The notes under the pieces are model-generated. The model was not told the origin of the DNA. It made no database searches and saw only the letters and a program-made list of their open reading frames with translations. DNA of 64,000 bases from Candidatus Polarisedimenticolia bacterium (GTDB taxonomy: Bacteria; Acidobacteriota; Polarisedimenticolia; Gp22-AA2), in contig DASYQE010000210.1 in the NCBI GenBank assembly GCA_036005805.1, forward strand, positions 17,061 through 81,060, given 5' to 3'. Shown piece after piece: positions 22,464 through 32,484 of the stretch. Made by a program: the position numbers and the translations under genes. How positions within the stretch are numbered: the first letter of the stretch is position 1; the number at the start of each line of letters is the position of its first letter.

Positions 22464-23033
22464 ATGAGCGTGGCTTCGGCCGTCCGTCCCGTCCTGCTCG
22501 CAGGTTGTCTGGCGCTGGCGCTCGCCTGCAGTTCCGGCTCCGCCTCGGTCCATGCCGGCACCGGCACCATCCAGGTTCACATCACCGACGCGCCCATCGA
22601 CCTGTCCACGGTGGAGAAGGTGGAGGTGACGATCACCGACGTCATCGTCTACCCGGGCGACGACGATTCCGGCATGCCCTCGGTCGACCCGGCAGGTCCG
22701 ATCGTGCTGCTCACTCATCCGGAGACCTTCGACCTGCTCACGCTGACCGGAGGCGCCACCGATCTGCTCGCTTCGGGAGAAGTGCCCGCGGGCGACTACT
22801 CGCGCATCCGTCTGGAAGTCTCCGACGCCACGCTGACCTACAAGGACGGCACCACCGTGCCCCTCAAGATCGACTCCGGCAAGGTGGACGTGCCGATCCG
22901 CTTCCACGTCGCGCAGGACACCGTGAATCCCCTGACTCTGGATTTCGACGCCGGCGCCTCCGTGCAGGTCAACGAGACCGCCACCGACACGCTCATCCTC
23001 AGACCCGTGGTCACCCCGCTGCCGCATCCCTGA
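22464..23033 (+). CDS. Secreted lipoprotein, possibly DUF4382-like
   Basis: Signal peptide with a lipobox (LLAGC), then a beta-rich body (IQVHITDAP...VEKVEVTITDV). GAGGAGG Shine-Dalgarno upstream. Confidence 0.55.
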   Translation: MSVASAVRPVLLAGCLALALACSSGSASVHAGTGTIQVHITDAPIDLSTVEKVEVTITDVIVYPGDDDSGMPSVDPAGPIVLLTHPETFDLLTLTGGATDLLASGEVPAGDYSRIRLEVSDATLTYKDGTTVPLKIDSGKVDVPIRFHVAQDTVNPLTLDFDAGASVQVNETATDTLILRPVVTPLPHP

Positions 23034-23130
23034 GATCCCGCAGAACGGCGTCGGGGGCCGGACCTTTTGCTTCCGCGGTGCTACAGTGCTTTTTGTCCGC
23101 CGGGGTGGTGGGACGTGAAGGAGTGTTCGC

Positions 23131-23718
23131 ATGCTCCCGTCTCGCTCCGTCGGTCGGCTCCTTCCCGGCCTTCTCGCCATTGTGCCGCTCGCCTGCGGGC
23201 TTCACGGCGAAACGCAGAACGCTCCGACCACGGGAGGTGCACCCCCCGGAGTCGCCCAGGGTGCCGTGCAGGTGATGCTGAGCGGCACCGGCTTCGGGGG
23301 AGATGAGCTGGAGAACGTGGCCGCGCTCAACGTCACCGTCGCGGCGGTCACCGCCTTCCCCGACGAGGGGTCTGCGATACCCGGGGTGAGCGCACTCGGT
23401 CCCACCCCGCTGATCGGCGGACCCGTGACTTTCGATTTGTTCGCGCTGCAGGGGAACACGATGACGCTGGCCTCGGCGCCCGTGGCGGCCGCCGATTACA
23501 ACCGCGTCGAGCTGCAGTTCACCGGCGCCAGCGTCACCCTCCGGGACGGCGGGACCAACAACCTCGACATCGAGTCGGGGACGGTGGACGTGCCGCTCAA
23601 CGTCACGGTGAGTCCCGGAGAGACCGCCCCGGTCAGCCTGTCGATCAATGTGAGGGACTCGGTCCGCCTGAACCGGAACGACCAGGGCACCTTCCGGCCC
23701 ATCGTGCGCCTGCAGTGA
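23131..23718 (+). CDS. Secreted lipoprotein, paralog of the 22464..23033 gene
   Basis: Lipobox (VPLACG) and the same body architecture (VTFDLFAL...DYNRVELQF...DVPLNVTV). AAGGAG Shine-Dalgarno upstream. Confidence 0.55.
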   Translation: MLPSRSVGRLLPGLLAIVPLACGLHGETQNAPTTGGAPPGVAQGAVQVMLSGTGFGGDELENVAALNVTVAAVTAFPDEGSAIPGVSALGPTPLIGGPVTFDLFALQGNTMTLASAPVAAADYNRVELQFTGASVTLRDGGTNNLDIESGTVDVPLNVTVSPGETAPVSLSINVRDSVRLNRNDQGTFRPIVRLQ

Positions 23719-23748
23719 CGCCCACAGGCCGGTCCCCCAGGGAGGACG

Positions 23749-24519
23749 CTAGAAGCTCTGCTGCCCCAGCGCGAAGCCGTTGAAGGTCTGCGACACCGCC
23801 ACGTCACCCGGCAGGTCGACCTTGAACCGGCTCTCCGCCACGTCGACGTTGGACTGCATCCCCTCGAAGGTGAGCAGCGTCGTGTCGCCGTCGGATTCGA
23901 CATACTGCAGCTGCCGCGGGAGGAAGGTGATGTCGTCCACCCAGATCTTCATCTCCGAGACGCGATCGCGAACCGTCCGCTTGCGCGGCGTCAGCTGGAG
24001 CAGGTGCGTGCCCTTCACGTCGCTCTGCGGCGCCAGGCTGAAATCGTAGTACTGGGCCAGGTCGCCGATCTTCTGCCCCACGCCGAGGAAGCGGAACAGC
24101 CGCTTGCCGACGAACTTCTTGATCGGCACCTCCTCGGCGCGCTTGAGGGCCGGGTAATACGCGGTGTAGAGGTCCTCGGTGATGACGAAGACCTTGTGCT
24201 CCGGCTCGTTGTACTCCCAGCGCACCCGGTTCGGACGGGCGTAGAAGAACTCTCCCTTCGAGATCACCGGCTTGGCCAGGAGGTTCAGCTCCTTGCGCTC
24301 GGTGAAGGTGGCGACGAGCGTCGAAGCCTCCTGCTGCCGCTTGTCCCACTGCTCCAGGATGCGCGCCAGCATCGGATCCTTGACGGCGGCCGGCGGCGAC
24401 CCGGGGTCGGCGTCCCCGCCGGCTTGGGGCGGGGCGGCGCTCGGGGGCACGGCCGCGGCGCTCAGGAACAGCAGGACGGCGGCCATCGCCATCCGGAGCT
24501 TCTTCAGGGGCACGCGCAT
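23749..24519 (-). CDS. LolA-like outer-membrane lipoprotein carrier/sorting family protein
   Basis: Signal peptide plus LolA-like beta-barrel sequence (KGEFFYARPNRVRWEY...THLLQLTP...IWVD). Confidence 0.5.
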   Translation of the reverse strand: MRVPLKKLRMAMAAVLLFLSAAAVPPSAAPPQAGGDADPGSPPAAVKDPMLARILEQWDKRQQEASTLVATFTERKELNLLAKPVISKGEFFYARPNRVRWEYNEPEHKVFVITEDLYTAYYPALKRAEEVPIKKFVGKRLFRFLGVGQKIGDLAQYYDFSLAPQSDVKGTHLLQLTPRKRTVRDRVSEMKIWVDDITFLPRQLQYVESDGDTTLLTFEGMQSNVDVAESRFKVDLPGDVAVSQTFNGFALGQQSF

Positions 24520-24640
24520 CGGCAGGTTCTCTCCTCGGGGCCGGTGAATCTAACAGACGCGGATCGGACGGTCAAGGATTCGGGAACCGGGTCCGGGCGT
24601 CCGGTGGCGCCCCGTTTGACAGGGGCGCTCGGCTGCCTCG

Positions 24641-25216
24641 ATGATGAACGCTGCCATGCGCCTCGTCAAACGATTCGGTGATGTTGCGGAAGGGCGGCCC
24701 TTCGTCCGTCCCCGGGTGTTCTTCGCGCCGATCCTTTTGCTCCTGGCTCTGCCGGCGTCGTCCGCCTCCGAGGCCGCCGGCACGACCGGGGAGGTCCTGC
24801 TCGGCCGCACTGGCGCCGCCGAGGTCCTCGCCATCTCGCCCGAATGGCGGCGCGGTTACGACGAGTACCAGCCGGCCCCGGAGGACGTCGCCGTGGTGAG
24901 GCAGGCGCCCGCGGGTTCTCTCGTCATGGTGTACTTCGGATCCTGGTGCAGCGACAGCCGCCTCGGCGTGCCGCAATTCCTGAAAATCGTCGACGCGGCG
25001 CAGGCACCGAACCTGAAGGTGCGCTACCTGGCGGTGGACCGATCCAAGAAGGAGCCGGCCGGCCCCCTCGAGGGGGTCGGGCTGGAGCTCGTCCCGACGT
25101 TCGTCCTGTCGGTCCACGGGAAAGAGATCGGACGCATCGTCGAAACGCCGGCGACCACGATCGAGCACGACCTGGCCCTGCTGCTCCGGAAAGCGACCTC
25201 CAGCCCGGCCTCTTGA
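24641..25216 (+). CDS. Periplasmic thioredoxin-fold protein with a WCxxS motif
   Basis: Signal peptide, then VMVYFGSWCSDSR...LVPTFVL on a thioredoxin fold. An alternative start lies at 24656 (MRLVKRF). Confidence 0.55.
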   Translation: MMNAAMRLVKRFGDVAEGRPFVRPRVFFAPILLLLALPASSASEAAGTTGEVLLGRTGAAEVLAISPEWRRGYDEYQPAPEDVAVVRQAPAGSLVMVYFGSWCSDSRLGVPQFLKIVDAAQAPNLKVRYLAVDRSKKEPAGPLEGVGLELVPTFVLSVHGKEIGRIVETPATTIEHDLALLLRKATSSPAS

Positions 25217-26130
25217 TCGGCTATCTCCTGCGTCGCGCCCTGCTTGCGCTGCCGCTCGCCCTCGGCGCCGCCACGGTCGTCTTCCTGTTCCTGCATCTCG
25301 TTCCCGGCGACCCGGTGCAGGCGATGCTCGGACCGGCGGCGCGCGACAGCGATCTGGCGGCGCTGCGGACCCGCCTCGGGCTGGACCGCCCGCTCGGCCT
25401 GCAGTACGTCGATTACCTGCGCGGCATCGCCCACGGGGACCTGGGAACCTCGCTGCACTACGGCGATCCGGTCGGCGGCCTTCTGGCCGAGCGCCTGCCC
25501 CTGACCGCGGCGCTCGCCGGAGTCACCGTCCTGTTCGCGCTCCTGCTCAGCCTGCCGGCGGGGATCGCGGCCGGGCTTCGTCCCGGAAGCGGGCTCGATC
25601 GCCTGCTCGGCGCCGCGTCCTCGACCGCCATGGCCCTTCCCAGCTTCTGGCTGGGACCGACGCTGCTCCTGGTGTTCGCCGTCGGCCTGCGCTGGCTGCC
25701 GGTGTCCGGGGCGGACGTCCCCGAGTCGGTGCTCCTGCCCGCGATCACGCTCGCGCTGCCGATGGCGGCGCTGCTGTCGCGGCTGCTGGCGGTGGCGCTC
25801 CGGCAGGAGATCGGCCGGCCCTACGTCTCCTCGGCCCGGGCCCGCGGACGCGGGCGCGATGCGGCCGCGCTCGCGCACGCGCTGCGCAATGCGTCCGGGC
25901 CGATGCTCACGGCGCTCGGACTGCAGCTCGGGTCGCTGCTCACGGGCGCCGTGATCACCGAGACGATTTTCGCCTGGCCGGGGATCGGCCGTCTCCTGGT
26001 GCGGGGCATCTCCTATCGGGACTACCCGCTCGTGCAGGGGTGCATCCTCCTGTTCGCGGCCCTGTACCTCCTGGCCAACCTGGCGTGCGACCTGGGGCGG
26101 GCGGCGCTCGACCCGAGGCTGGCCGCCTGA
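25213..26130 (+). CDS. ABC transporter permease, DppB/OppB-like
   Basis: LIGYLLRRALLALPLALG N-terminus and a PGDPV motif. TTG start overlapping the upstream stop as TTGA. Confidence 0.8.
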   Translation: MIGYLLRRALLALPLALGAATVVFLFLHLVPGDPVQAMLGPAARDSDLAALRTRLGLDRPLGLQYVDYLRGIAHGDLGTSLHYGDPVGGLLAERLPLTAALAGVTVLFALLLSLPAGIAAGLRPGSGLDRLLGAASSTAMALPSFWLGPTLLLVFAVGLRWLPVSGADVPESVLLPAITLALPMAALLSRLLAVALRQEIGRPYVSSARARGRGRDAAALAHALRNASGPMLTALGLQLGSLLTGAVITETIFAWPGIGRLLVRGISYRDYPLVQGCILLFAALYLLANLACDLGRAALDPRLAA

Positions 26131-26945
26131 ACCGGAACGCCTGGCGCCGACCCGCGCTTGTGGCCGGGGTCTCGATGCTCCTGCTCCTGAGCCTCGCCGG
26201 GCTCGGGGCGCCGTGGATCGCGCCGCACTCCCCCGCCGCGCAGGACCTGACGCGGCGGATCGAGCGGCCGAGCGCGGAGCATCCCCTGGGACGCGACGAC
26301 CTGGGACGCGACGTGCTGTCACGCCTCCTGTACGGCGCCCGCACCTCGCTTCCGGTGGCGCTCACGGTCGTCGGGCTTTCGGCCGTCGCCGGGACGTTCG
26401 TCGGTGGTGTCGCCGGAGCAGCCGGCGGCGCGGTCGACGCGGCCCTGGTGGCTCTGATGGATCTGCTGCTGGCGTTCCCCGGGATGCTCCTGGCGATCGG
26501 ACTCATCGCCGTGCGTGGCCCGGGCCTCGGCAGCCTCGTCGCCGCGCTGACGCTGCTCGGCTGGGTCGGCTTCGCGCGGCTCGCCCGCGGCGAGACCCAG
26601 AGGCTCGTCCGCCGGCCCTTCGTGGCGGCGGCGCGGGCCGCGGGGGCCGGCCCCTGGCGCGTGCTGCGTCGTCACCTCCTGCCGCATCTCGTCGCTCCGG
26701 CGGCGGTGCAGGCGGCTTTCGCGCTCGGCGGCGTCATCGTCGCCGAAGCCGGGCTTTCCTTCCTCGGTCTCGGTATTCCTCCGCCGGCGGCGACCTGGGG
26801 CGGGATGCTGCGGGAAGGAACCCAGCACCTGCTCGACGCGCCGCGCCTGACGATCTGGCCGGGCTCCGTGCTGGCGCTCACGCTCCTGGCGGCGCAGTGG
26901 CTCGGCGAGGGACTCGGCGGCGACGAGACTCCGGCCCGGCCGTGA
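26127..26945 (+). CDS. ABC transporter permease, DppC/OppC-like
   Basis: LAFPGMLLAIGLIAV ... PFVAAARAAGAG EAA-loop-like region. The start is uncertain among CTG 26127, GTG 26160 and ATG 26175. Confidence 0.7.
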   Translation: MNRNAWRRPALVAGVSMLLLLSLAGLGAPWIAPHSPAAQDLTRRIERPSAEHPLGRDDLGRDVLSRLLYGARTSLPVALTVVGLSAVAGTFVGGVAGAAGGAVDAALVALMDLLLAFPGMLLAIGLIAVRGPGLGSLVAALTLLGWVGFARLARGETQRLVRRPFVAAARAAGAGPWRVLRRHLLPHLVAPAAVQAAFALGGVIVAEAGLSFLGLGIPPPAATWGGMLREGTQHLLDAPRLTIWPGSVLALTLLAAQWLGEGLGGDETPARP

Positions 26946-26966
26946 CAGGCGGGCGCGGGGCGCGGA

Positions 26967-28070
26967 TCAGGCGGCGCGTTCGCCGCGGGCGAGCAGATCC
27001 TCGAGCACGCGGTCGTGGATGCGCTCCCACTCTTCCGGGGGGATCTGCAGGAAGACCTTCACGACATTCGGGTCGAACTGCCGGCCGCTGAACTTCTCGA
27101 TCTCGGCGCGGGCCGCCGCATACGGCAGCGCCTTGCGGTACGGCCGGTCGGAGGTCATGGCGTCGAGGGTGTCCACCACGGCGAAGATGCGGGCGCCGAG
27201 CGGGATTTCCTCCCCCTGCAGCCGCGCCGGGTAGCCCTTCCCGTCCCAGCGCTCCTGGTGGCACAGGACGACCGGCACCGCCCCCTCGAGGAAGCCGATG
27301 CCCCGCAGCATGCGCGCGCCAATCTCGGGATGGCGCCGCATCTCCTTCCATTCCTCGGACGTGAGCTTCCCCGGCTTGCGCAGGATGGCGTCGGGGATGC
27401 CGATCTTGCCGACATCGTGCAGGAGCGCCCCCCGGTAGATGTGCGTCAGGTCGGGCTCGACGAGCCCCATCCGCCGCGCCACCGCCACGGTGTAGGCGCC
27501 GACGCGCGCCGAGTGACCCAGCGTCTCGGCGTCGCGCGCGTCGAGCGCGGTCGCCAGCGCCTCGAGCGTCACCTGGTACGACTCGTCGAGGCGGCGGAAC
27601 AGACCCTCGATCTCGCCGGTCTTGCGCCGCAGCTCCGCGGTGCGCTCCTCGACGCGCGCCTCGAGCCGCTCGTGGTGCTCGCGGTTCTCGCGCACGAGGC
27701 GCTGCTTCTCGAGCACCCGCTCGACGGTGAGCCGCACCTGCGCCAGCAGGAACGGCTTCGTCAGGTAGTCGCTCGCCCCGATGCGGATCACCTCGAGCGC
27801 GGTGTCGAGATCGTGCAGGCCGGTGAGCAGGATCACGCCGGTGTCGGGAGCGAACGTGCGCAGCTCGCGCAGGAGCCCGACGCCGTCGAGCCGCGGCATG
27901 TCCACGTCGCTGACCAGAAGGTCGAATGGCCGGGCTCTCAGGAGATCGAGGGCGGCGCGGCCGTCGCCGGCGGTCTCGCAGCGGTAACCCCACTCGGCGA
28001 GCCCCTCGGCGAGGACTTCGCGGACGGCCGGATCGTCGTCCACCACCAGGATGTCGATGGAACCGTCCAA
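26967..28070 (-). CDS. Response regulator receiver fused to an HD-GYP c-di-GMP phosphodiesterase domain
   Basis: REC domain (ILVVDDDPAV...SDVDMPRLDG...DYLTKP) plus HD-GYP (HSARVGAY...HDVGKIGIPD...GKGYP). TTG start after GGGGAG. Confidence 0.8.
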   Translation of the reverse strand: MDGSIDILVVDDDPAVREVLAEGLAEWGYRCETAGDGRAALDLLRARPFDLLVSDVDMPRLDGVGLLRELRTFAPDTGVILLTGLHDLDTALEVIRIGASDYLTKPFLLAQVRLTVERVLEKQRLVRENREHHERLEARVEERTAELRRKTGEIEGLFRRLDESYQVTLEALATALDARDAETLGHSARVGAYTVAVARRMGLVEPDLTHIYRGALLHDVGKIGIPDAILRKPGKLTSEEWKEMRRHPEIGARMLRGIGFLEGAVPVVLCHQERWDGKGYPARLQGEEIPLGARIFAVVDTLDAMTSDRPYRKALPYAAARAEIEKFSGRQFDPNVVKVFLQIPPEEWERIHDRVLEDLLARGERAA

Positions 28071-28209
28071 GCGCGCTCCCCGGGTCGCGGGTCGGTCTTC
28101 GCCGCGTCCACCGGGGATCAATCTACGTTCCGGGCGTGCCCTGTCAACGCTTCCGGACGACTCTCCGCGAGGAAGTGCGAACCGAGGAAAGCCGCGCCCC
28201 GCGCCGATT

Positions 28210-30924
28210 TCATTCCTTGGAGCGGCCCTCCGCATCCTTCAGATCGAGCCAGTTCCGACCGCGCCGCACCTCGGCCAGGAGCGGCACATCCAGCGGATGC
28301 GCGCCTTCCATCACCTCGCGGACCAGGGCGGACACGGCGTCCGCCTCCTGCTCCGGGGCCTCGAGCACCAGCTCGTCGTGGACCTGCAGGATCATCCGGG
28401 CGCGCCTGCCGTCCTCTCTCAGACGGCGGGCCAGCACGATCATCGCCTTCTTGATGAGATCGGCCGCCGTCCCCTGGATCGCCGTGTTGACCGCGGCGCG
28501 GATCGCCTGCTGCCTGGCGTTGCGGTCGGCGCCCCGGATTTCAGGGAAGTAACGGACCCGCCCGAGCAGCGTGCGCACCCTCCCCTCGCCTTCCGCCGAG
28601 GCGATGCTCGCATCGATGTACGCCTTCACCTTCGGGAAGCGGGCGAAGTACTCGGCGATGAACTGCTCCGCCTGCTTGACGGTCACCCCCTGGTCGCGCG
28701 CCAGCCGCTGCGGACCCATGCCGTAGATGATTCCGAAATTGACCGCCTTGGCGCGGTAGCGCATGTCCGGGGTCACGAGCCCGGGAAGCACGCCGAACAG
28801 GATGGCGGCCGTGCGGCGATGGACGTCCTCGCCCGACTGGAACGCCTGCAGCAGCCCCGGGTCCCCGCTGAGGTGCGCCAGGATGCGCAGCTCGATCTGC
28901 GAGTAGTCCGCGGACAGGAGCATCCATCCCGGGTCGGTGACGAAGGCCCGGCGGATCTGCCGCCCCAGCTCGGTCCGGATGGGGATGTTTTGCAGATTGG
29001 GATCGCTGCTGCTGAGCCGGCCGGTCGCCGCCACCGCCTGGTTGAAGGAGGTGTGCACCCGGCCGGTGCGCGGCAGGACGAGTGTCGGCAGCGCGTCCAC
29101 GTAGGTCGACTTCAGTTTCTGGATCCCGCGGTACTCGAGGAGCTTCTTCGGAAGCTCGTGGCGCTCCGCCAGCTCCTCGAGCACCTCGCTGTCGGTGGAC
29201 CAGGCGCCGGTCTTGCGCGTCTTGCGTCCCGGAGCGAGCTTGAGGGTCTCGAAGAGGATCTCACCGAGCTGGCGCGGCGAGTTGATGTTGAACTCCCGCC
29301 CGGCCAGTGCGTGGATCTCGGAGGTCAGGCGCCGCAGCGTCGCGTCCCAGGCCGTCGACAACGCCTGGAGGAACGGGACGTCGATGCGCACCCCGGTCAT
29401 CTCCATCTCCGCCAGCACCTCGAGGAGCGGCAGCTCGAGGTCCGTGAGCAGCGGCAGGAGTCCGTCCTCCTCGAGGGCGCGCTGCAGGGCCGGGACGAGC
29501 CGCGCGACCGCGGCCGCCCGCGCCCCTGCGGTGGTGGCGACCCGGCCGACGTCGGAGTCGGCCGCGGCGACGGCGCGCGCCCCCTCGCCGAGCAGGTGCG
29601 GCCACGTCGGGACCTCCATCCCGGCCAGCTCCCGGGCGACGATCTCGAGGTCGTGTCCGCGGCGCTCCGGATTGAGCAGATAGGAGGCGAGCATCGTGTC
29701 GAAGCCGAAGCGCGGCTTGTCGACACCGCAGCGCCGCATGAGGATGAGGTCCCCCTTCACGTCGTGCCCGGCGAGGCGCACGCCCGGCCGCACGAGGAGC
29801 GGCTCGAGCGCGTTCAGGACCCTTTCCGGCGGACACTCGGGCGGAGCCGCCAGGCCGCGGTGCGCCACCGGCAGGTAGGCCGCAGGCCCTGAGGGCGAGG
29901 CGACGGCGACCCCGACGGCATGGGCGCGCATCGGGTCCATGGCGTCCCGGACCATGCCGAAGCCGATCTCCGCCCCTTCGGCCAATGACCGCACCGCCGC
30001 GGCGATCTGCTCCGGAGTCACGGCGACGGCGGTCTCGGCTTCGACCACGGTGGACGCCTGCGGCAGCTCGCGCAGGAAGCCTCCGAATTCCAGCTCGGTG
30101 TACAGCTCGCGCGCCGCGCCGACGTCCGGCGGTCCCAGCGCCAGCGCCTCGATCGCGACCTGGAGCGGCGCATCGCAGCGGATGGTCGCCAGCTCCTTTC
30201 CCAGGCGCGCGCTCCCGGCATGGGCCATCAGCGGCTCGCGGTAGCGGCGGCTCTCCACCTGCTCCGCAGAGGCGAGCAGCGCTTCGAGGCTCCCGAAGCG
30301 GCGGATGAGGTCCTTCGCCCCCTTGTCACCGATGCCCGGAACGCCGGGGATGTTGTCGGTGGGGTCCCCCCAGAGCGCCAGCACATCGGGGACCTGGTCG
30401 GGCCGGACGCCGAACACCCGCTCGACGTCCGCCGCGTCGTAGAAGACGTCGCGCGCCGGGTGGTAGTAGGAGATCCTCTCGCCGACGAGCTGCAGGAGAT
30501 CCTTGTCGGACGACACGATGACGGCGTGCATCCCCGCGTCACGCGCCCGGCGCGCCAGCGTGCCGATGATGTCGTCCGCCTCCCAGCCCGGCAGCTCGAA
30601 GGTCGGCACCCGCAGCGCCTGCAGGACCCGCTTGACGTAGGGAATCTGCACCACGAGATCGTCGGGAGCCGGCGGCCGGTGGGACTTGTAGTCGGCGAAC
30701 TGCGCGTGGCGGAAGGTGGGGTCGGGCGTGTCGAACAGGACCGCGAGATGGCGCGGCTGGAAGTCGTTCAGGAGCTTCCGCAGCATCCCGGTGAAGCCGT
30801 AGGTGGCGTTGGTCGGCAGCCCGCGGCTGTTCCTCAGCTCGCGGATGGCGTGGAACGCCCGGTAGAGGTTGTTGCTGCCGTCGATGAGGTAGAGGGCGTT
30901 GGCCGGATCGGGTCTAACCGCCAT
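28210..30924 (-). CDS. polA: DNA polymerase I
   Basis: 904 aa with 5'-3' exonuclease, 3'-5' exonuclease and polymerase domains (RRxxKxxNFGxxYG-like and YGMGPQRLA motifs). Confidence 0.97.
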   Translation of the reverse strand: MAVRPDPANALYLIDGSNNLYRAFHAIRELRNSRGLPTNATYGFTGMLRKLLNDFQPRHLAVLFDTPDPTFRHAQFADYKSHRPPAPDDLVVQIPYVKRVLQALRVPTFELPGWEADDIIGTLARRARDAGMHAVIVSSDKDLLQLVGERISYYHPARDVFYDAADVERVFGVRPDQVPDVLALWGDPTDNIPGVPGIGDKGAKDLIRRFGSLEALLASAEQVESRRYREPLMAHAGSARLGKELATIRCDAPLQVAIEALALGPPDVGAARELYTELEFGGFLRELPQASTVVEAETAVAVTPEQIAAAVRSLAEGAEIGFGMVRDAMDPMRAHAVGVAVASPSGPAAYLPVAHRGLAAPPECPPERVLNALEPLLVRPGVRLAGHDVKGDLILMRRCGVDKPRFGFDTMLASYLLNPERRGHDLEIVARELAGMEVPTWPHLLGEGARAVAAADSDVGRVATTAGARAAAVARLVPALQRALEEDGLLPLLTDLELPLLEVLAEMEMTGVRIDVPFLQALSTAWDATLRRLTSEIHALAGREFNINSPRQLGEILFETLKLAPGRKTRKTGAWSTDSEVLEELAERHELPKKLLEYRGIQKLKSTYVDALPTLVLPRTGRVHTSFNQAVAATGRLSSSDPNLQNIPIRTELGRQIRRAFVTDPGWMLLSADYSQIELRILAHLSGDPGLLQAFQSGEDVHRRTAAILFGVLPGLVTPDMRYRAKAVNFGIIYGMGPQRLARDQGVTVKQAEQFIAEYFARFPKVKAYIDASIASAEGEGRVRTLLGRVRYFPEIRGADRNARQQAIRAAVNTAIQGTAADLIKKAMIVLARRLREDGRRARMILQVHDELVLEAPEQEADAVSALVREVMEGAHPLDVPLLAEVRRGRNWLDLKDAEGRSKE

Positions 30925-30968
30925 CCCGCGTCCTCAGCCCAGAGCCACGAGCGCGGCGCGGCGCGGGA

Positions 30969-32255
30969 TCAGGCGGTCCTCGGAGGCGCCGCGGGGCGCG
31001 CCCCCGGGCGGCGCAGCCAGGAGTAGAGCGGGAACGCCCGCACGAGCTCGCGCACCCGCACGCGGATCGAGTCGTCCTTCGACGCGTTCTCGTCGCCGTC
31101 GATCGCCTCGAGAATGAGCGCGGCGATGCGGCGCATCTCGTCGCCTCCCATGCCGCGCGTGGTCACGGCCGGCGTGCCGAGCCGGACTCCACTGGCGATC
31201 ATCGGCTTCTCCGGATCGAAGGGGATCGCGTTCTTGTTGAGGGAGATCCCCAGCCGCTCGAGCCGCTGCTCGACCCCTTTCCCCGTCAGGCGCCGGGCGC
31301 GCAGATCGACGAGGAAGAGATGGTTGTCGGTGCCGCCGGAGACGATCCGCAGCCCGCCTTCCTGCAGCGCGGCCGCAAGGATGGAAGCGTTCTCCACGGT
31401 GCGGCGCTGGTCACGGCGGAACGGCTCCTGCAGCGCCTCGTGAAGGGCGACCGCCTTGGCGGCGATGACGTTCATGAGCGGCCCCCCCTGCGTCCCGGGG
31501 AACACCGCGGAATCGATGGCCTTCGCGTACTGCCCGCGGCAGACGATGAGCGCGCCGCGCGGTCCGCGCAGCGTCTTGTGGGTCGTCGTGGTCATGACGT
31601 CGACGTGCGGAATCGGGCTCGGGTGACAGCCTGCGGCGACCAGGCCCGCCACGTGGGCGGCGTCGGCCATCAGCAGAGCGCCGACCTCGTCGGCGATCGC
31701 CCGGAAGCGCGCATAATCGATGATCCGCGAATAGGCGCTGGCGCCGGCGATGATCATCCGCGGCCGGTGCTCGCGCGCCAGCCGGGCCACCACGTCGTAG
31801 TCGATCCTCTCGGTCTCCCGATCCACCTGGTAACCGATGCAGTTGAAGTAGCGTCCCGAGAAGTTGAGCGGGTGGCCGTGGGTGAGATGACCTCCGTGCG
31901 CCAGGTCCATGCCCAGAACCGTGTCGCCCGGCTTGAGCAGCGCCACGTACACCGCCATGTTGGCCTGAGCACCCGAGTGCGCCTGCACGTTGGCGTGTTC
32001 GCCGCCGAACAGCTTCAGCGTCCGATCGATCGCCAGCCGCTCCACCGCGTCGGCGTACTCGCAGCCGCCGTAGTACCTGCGTCCCGGGTAGCCCTCGGCG
32101 TACTTGTTGGTGAGGACCGACGCCATCGCCTCGAGGACGGCGCGGGAGACGAAATTCTCGGAGGCGATCAGGACGAGTGTCTCGTCCTGGCGGGTGACCT
32201 CGGCGTCGAGGGCCGCGGCGATTTCGGGATCGGCTTCGTGCAGGGGAGCGAGCAA
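30969..32255 (-). CDS. glyA: Serine hydroxymethyltransferase
   Basis: 428 aa; SENFVS ... [15 protein letters not shown] motif with the pyridoxal-phosphate-binding lysine. Confidence 0.95.
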   Translation of the reverse strand: MLAPLHEADPEIAAALDAEVTRQDETLVLIASENFVSRAVLEAMASVLTNKYAEGYPGRRYYGGCEYADAVERLAIDRTLKLFGGEHANVQAHSGAQANMAVYVALLKPGDTVLGMDLAHGGHLTHGHPLNFSGRYFNCIGYQVDRETERIDYDVVARLAREHRPRMIIAGASAYSRIIDYARFRAIADEVGALLMADAAHVAGLVAAGCHPSPIPHVDVMTTTTHKTLRGPRGALIVCRGQYAKAIDSAVFPGTQGGPLMNVIAAKAVALHEALQEPFRRDQRRTVENASILAAALQEGGLRIVSGGTDNHLFLVDLRARRLTGKGVEQRLERLGISLNKNAIPFDPEKPMIASGVRLGTPAVTTRGMGGDEMRRIAALILEAIDGDENASKDDSIRVRVRELVRAFPLYSWLRRPGARPAAPPRTA

Positions 32256-32455
32256 ATTGGTCTTCTCCAGGAAGGGCGCGATGATATGACAACGCGAGGA
32301 GACCGTCGCAAGGAAATGACCCCTCCACGGCCCGCCCGGAACCGGGCTCCGCCGGCCGTTTGGCCAAGTCGGCCAGCGCCAGCGGGTCGGGGCCGACGAT
32401 TCCCGGGTGGCCAGACCACCCGGAGAGCTAAGTCTTTATTTTCAGTAACTAAAAT

Positions 32456-32484
32456 TTGACATCATTGCACTCAACATTTATTAT
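32456..32484 (+). promoter_or_regulatory. clpB promoter TTGACA-N17-TATTAT inside an AT-rich island
   Basis: Near-consensus sigma-70 hexamers about 45 nt upstream of the clpB ATG. No CIRCE or HAIR motif is nearby. Confidence 0.5.

Noticed and set aside
26878-27993. 371-aa alternative-frame ORF over the HD-GYP regulator
   Set aside because: Same strand but a different frame from the REC-HD-GYP ORF, which carries all conserved motifs. The alternative translation is Arg/Ala-rich nonsense.
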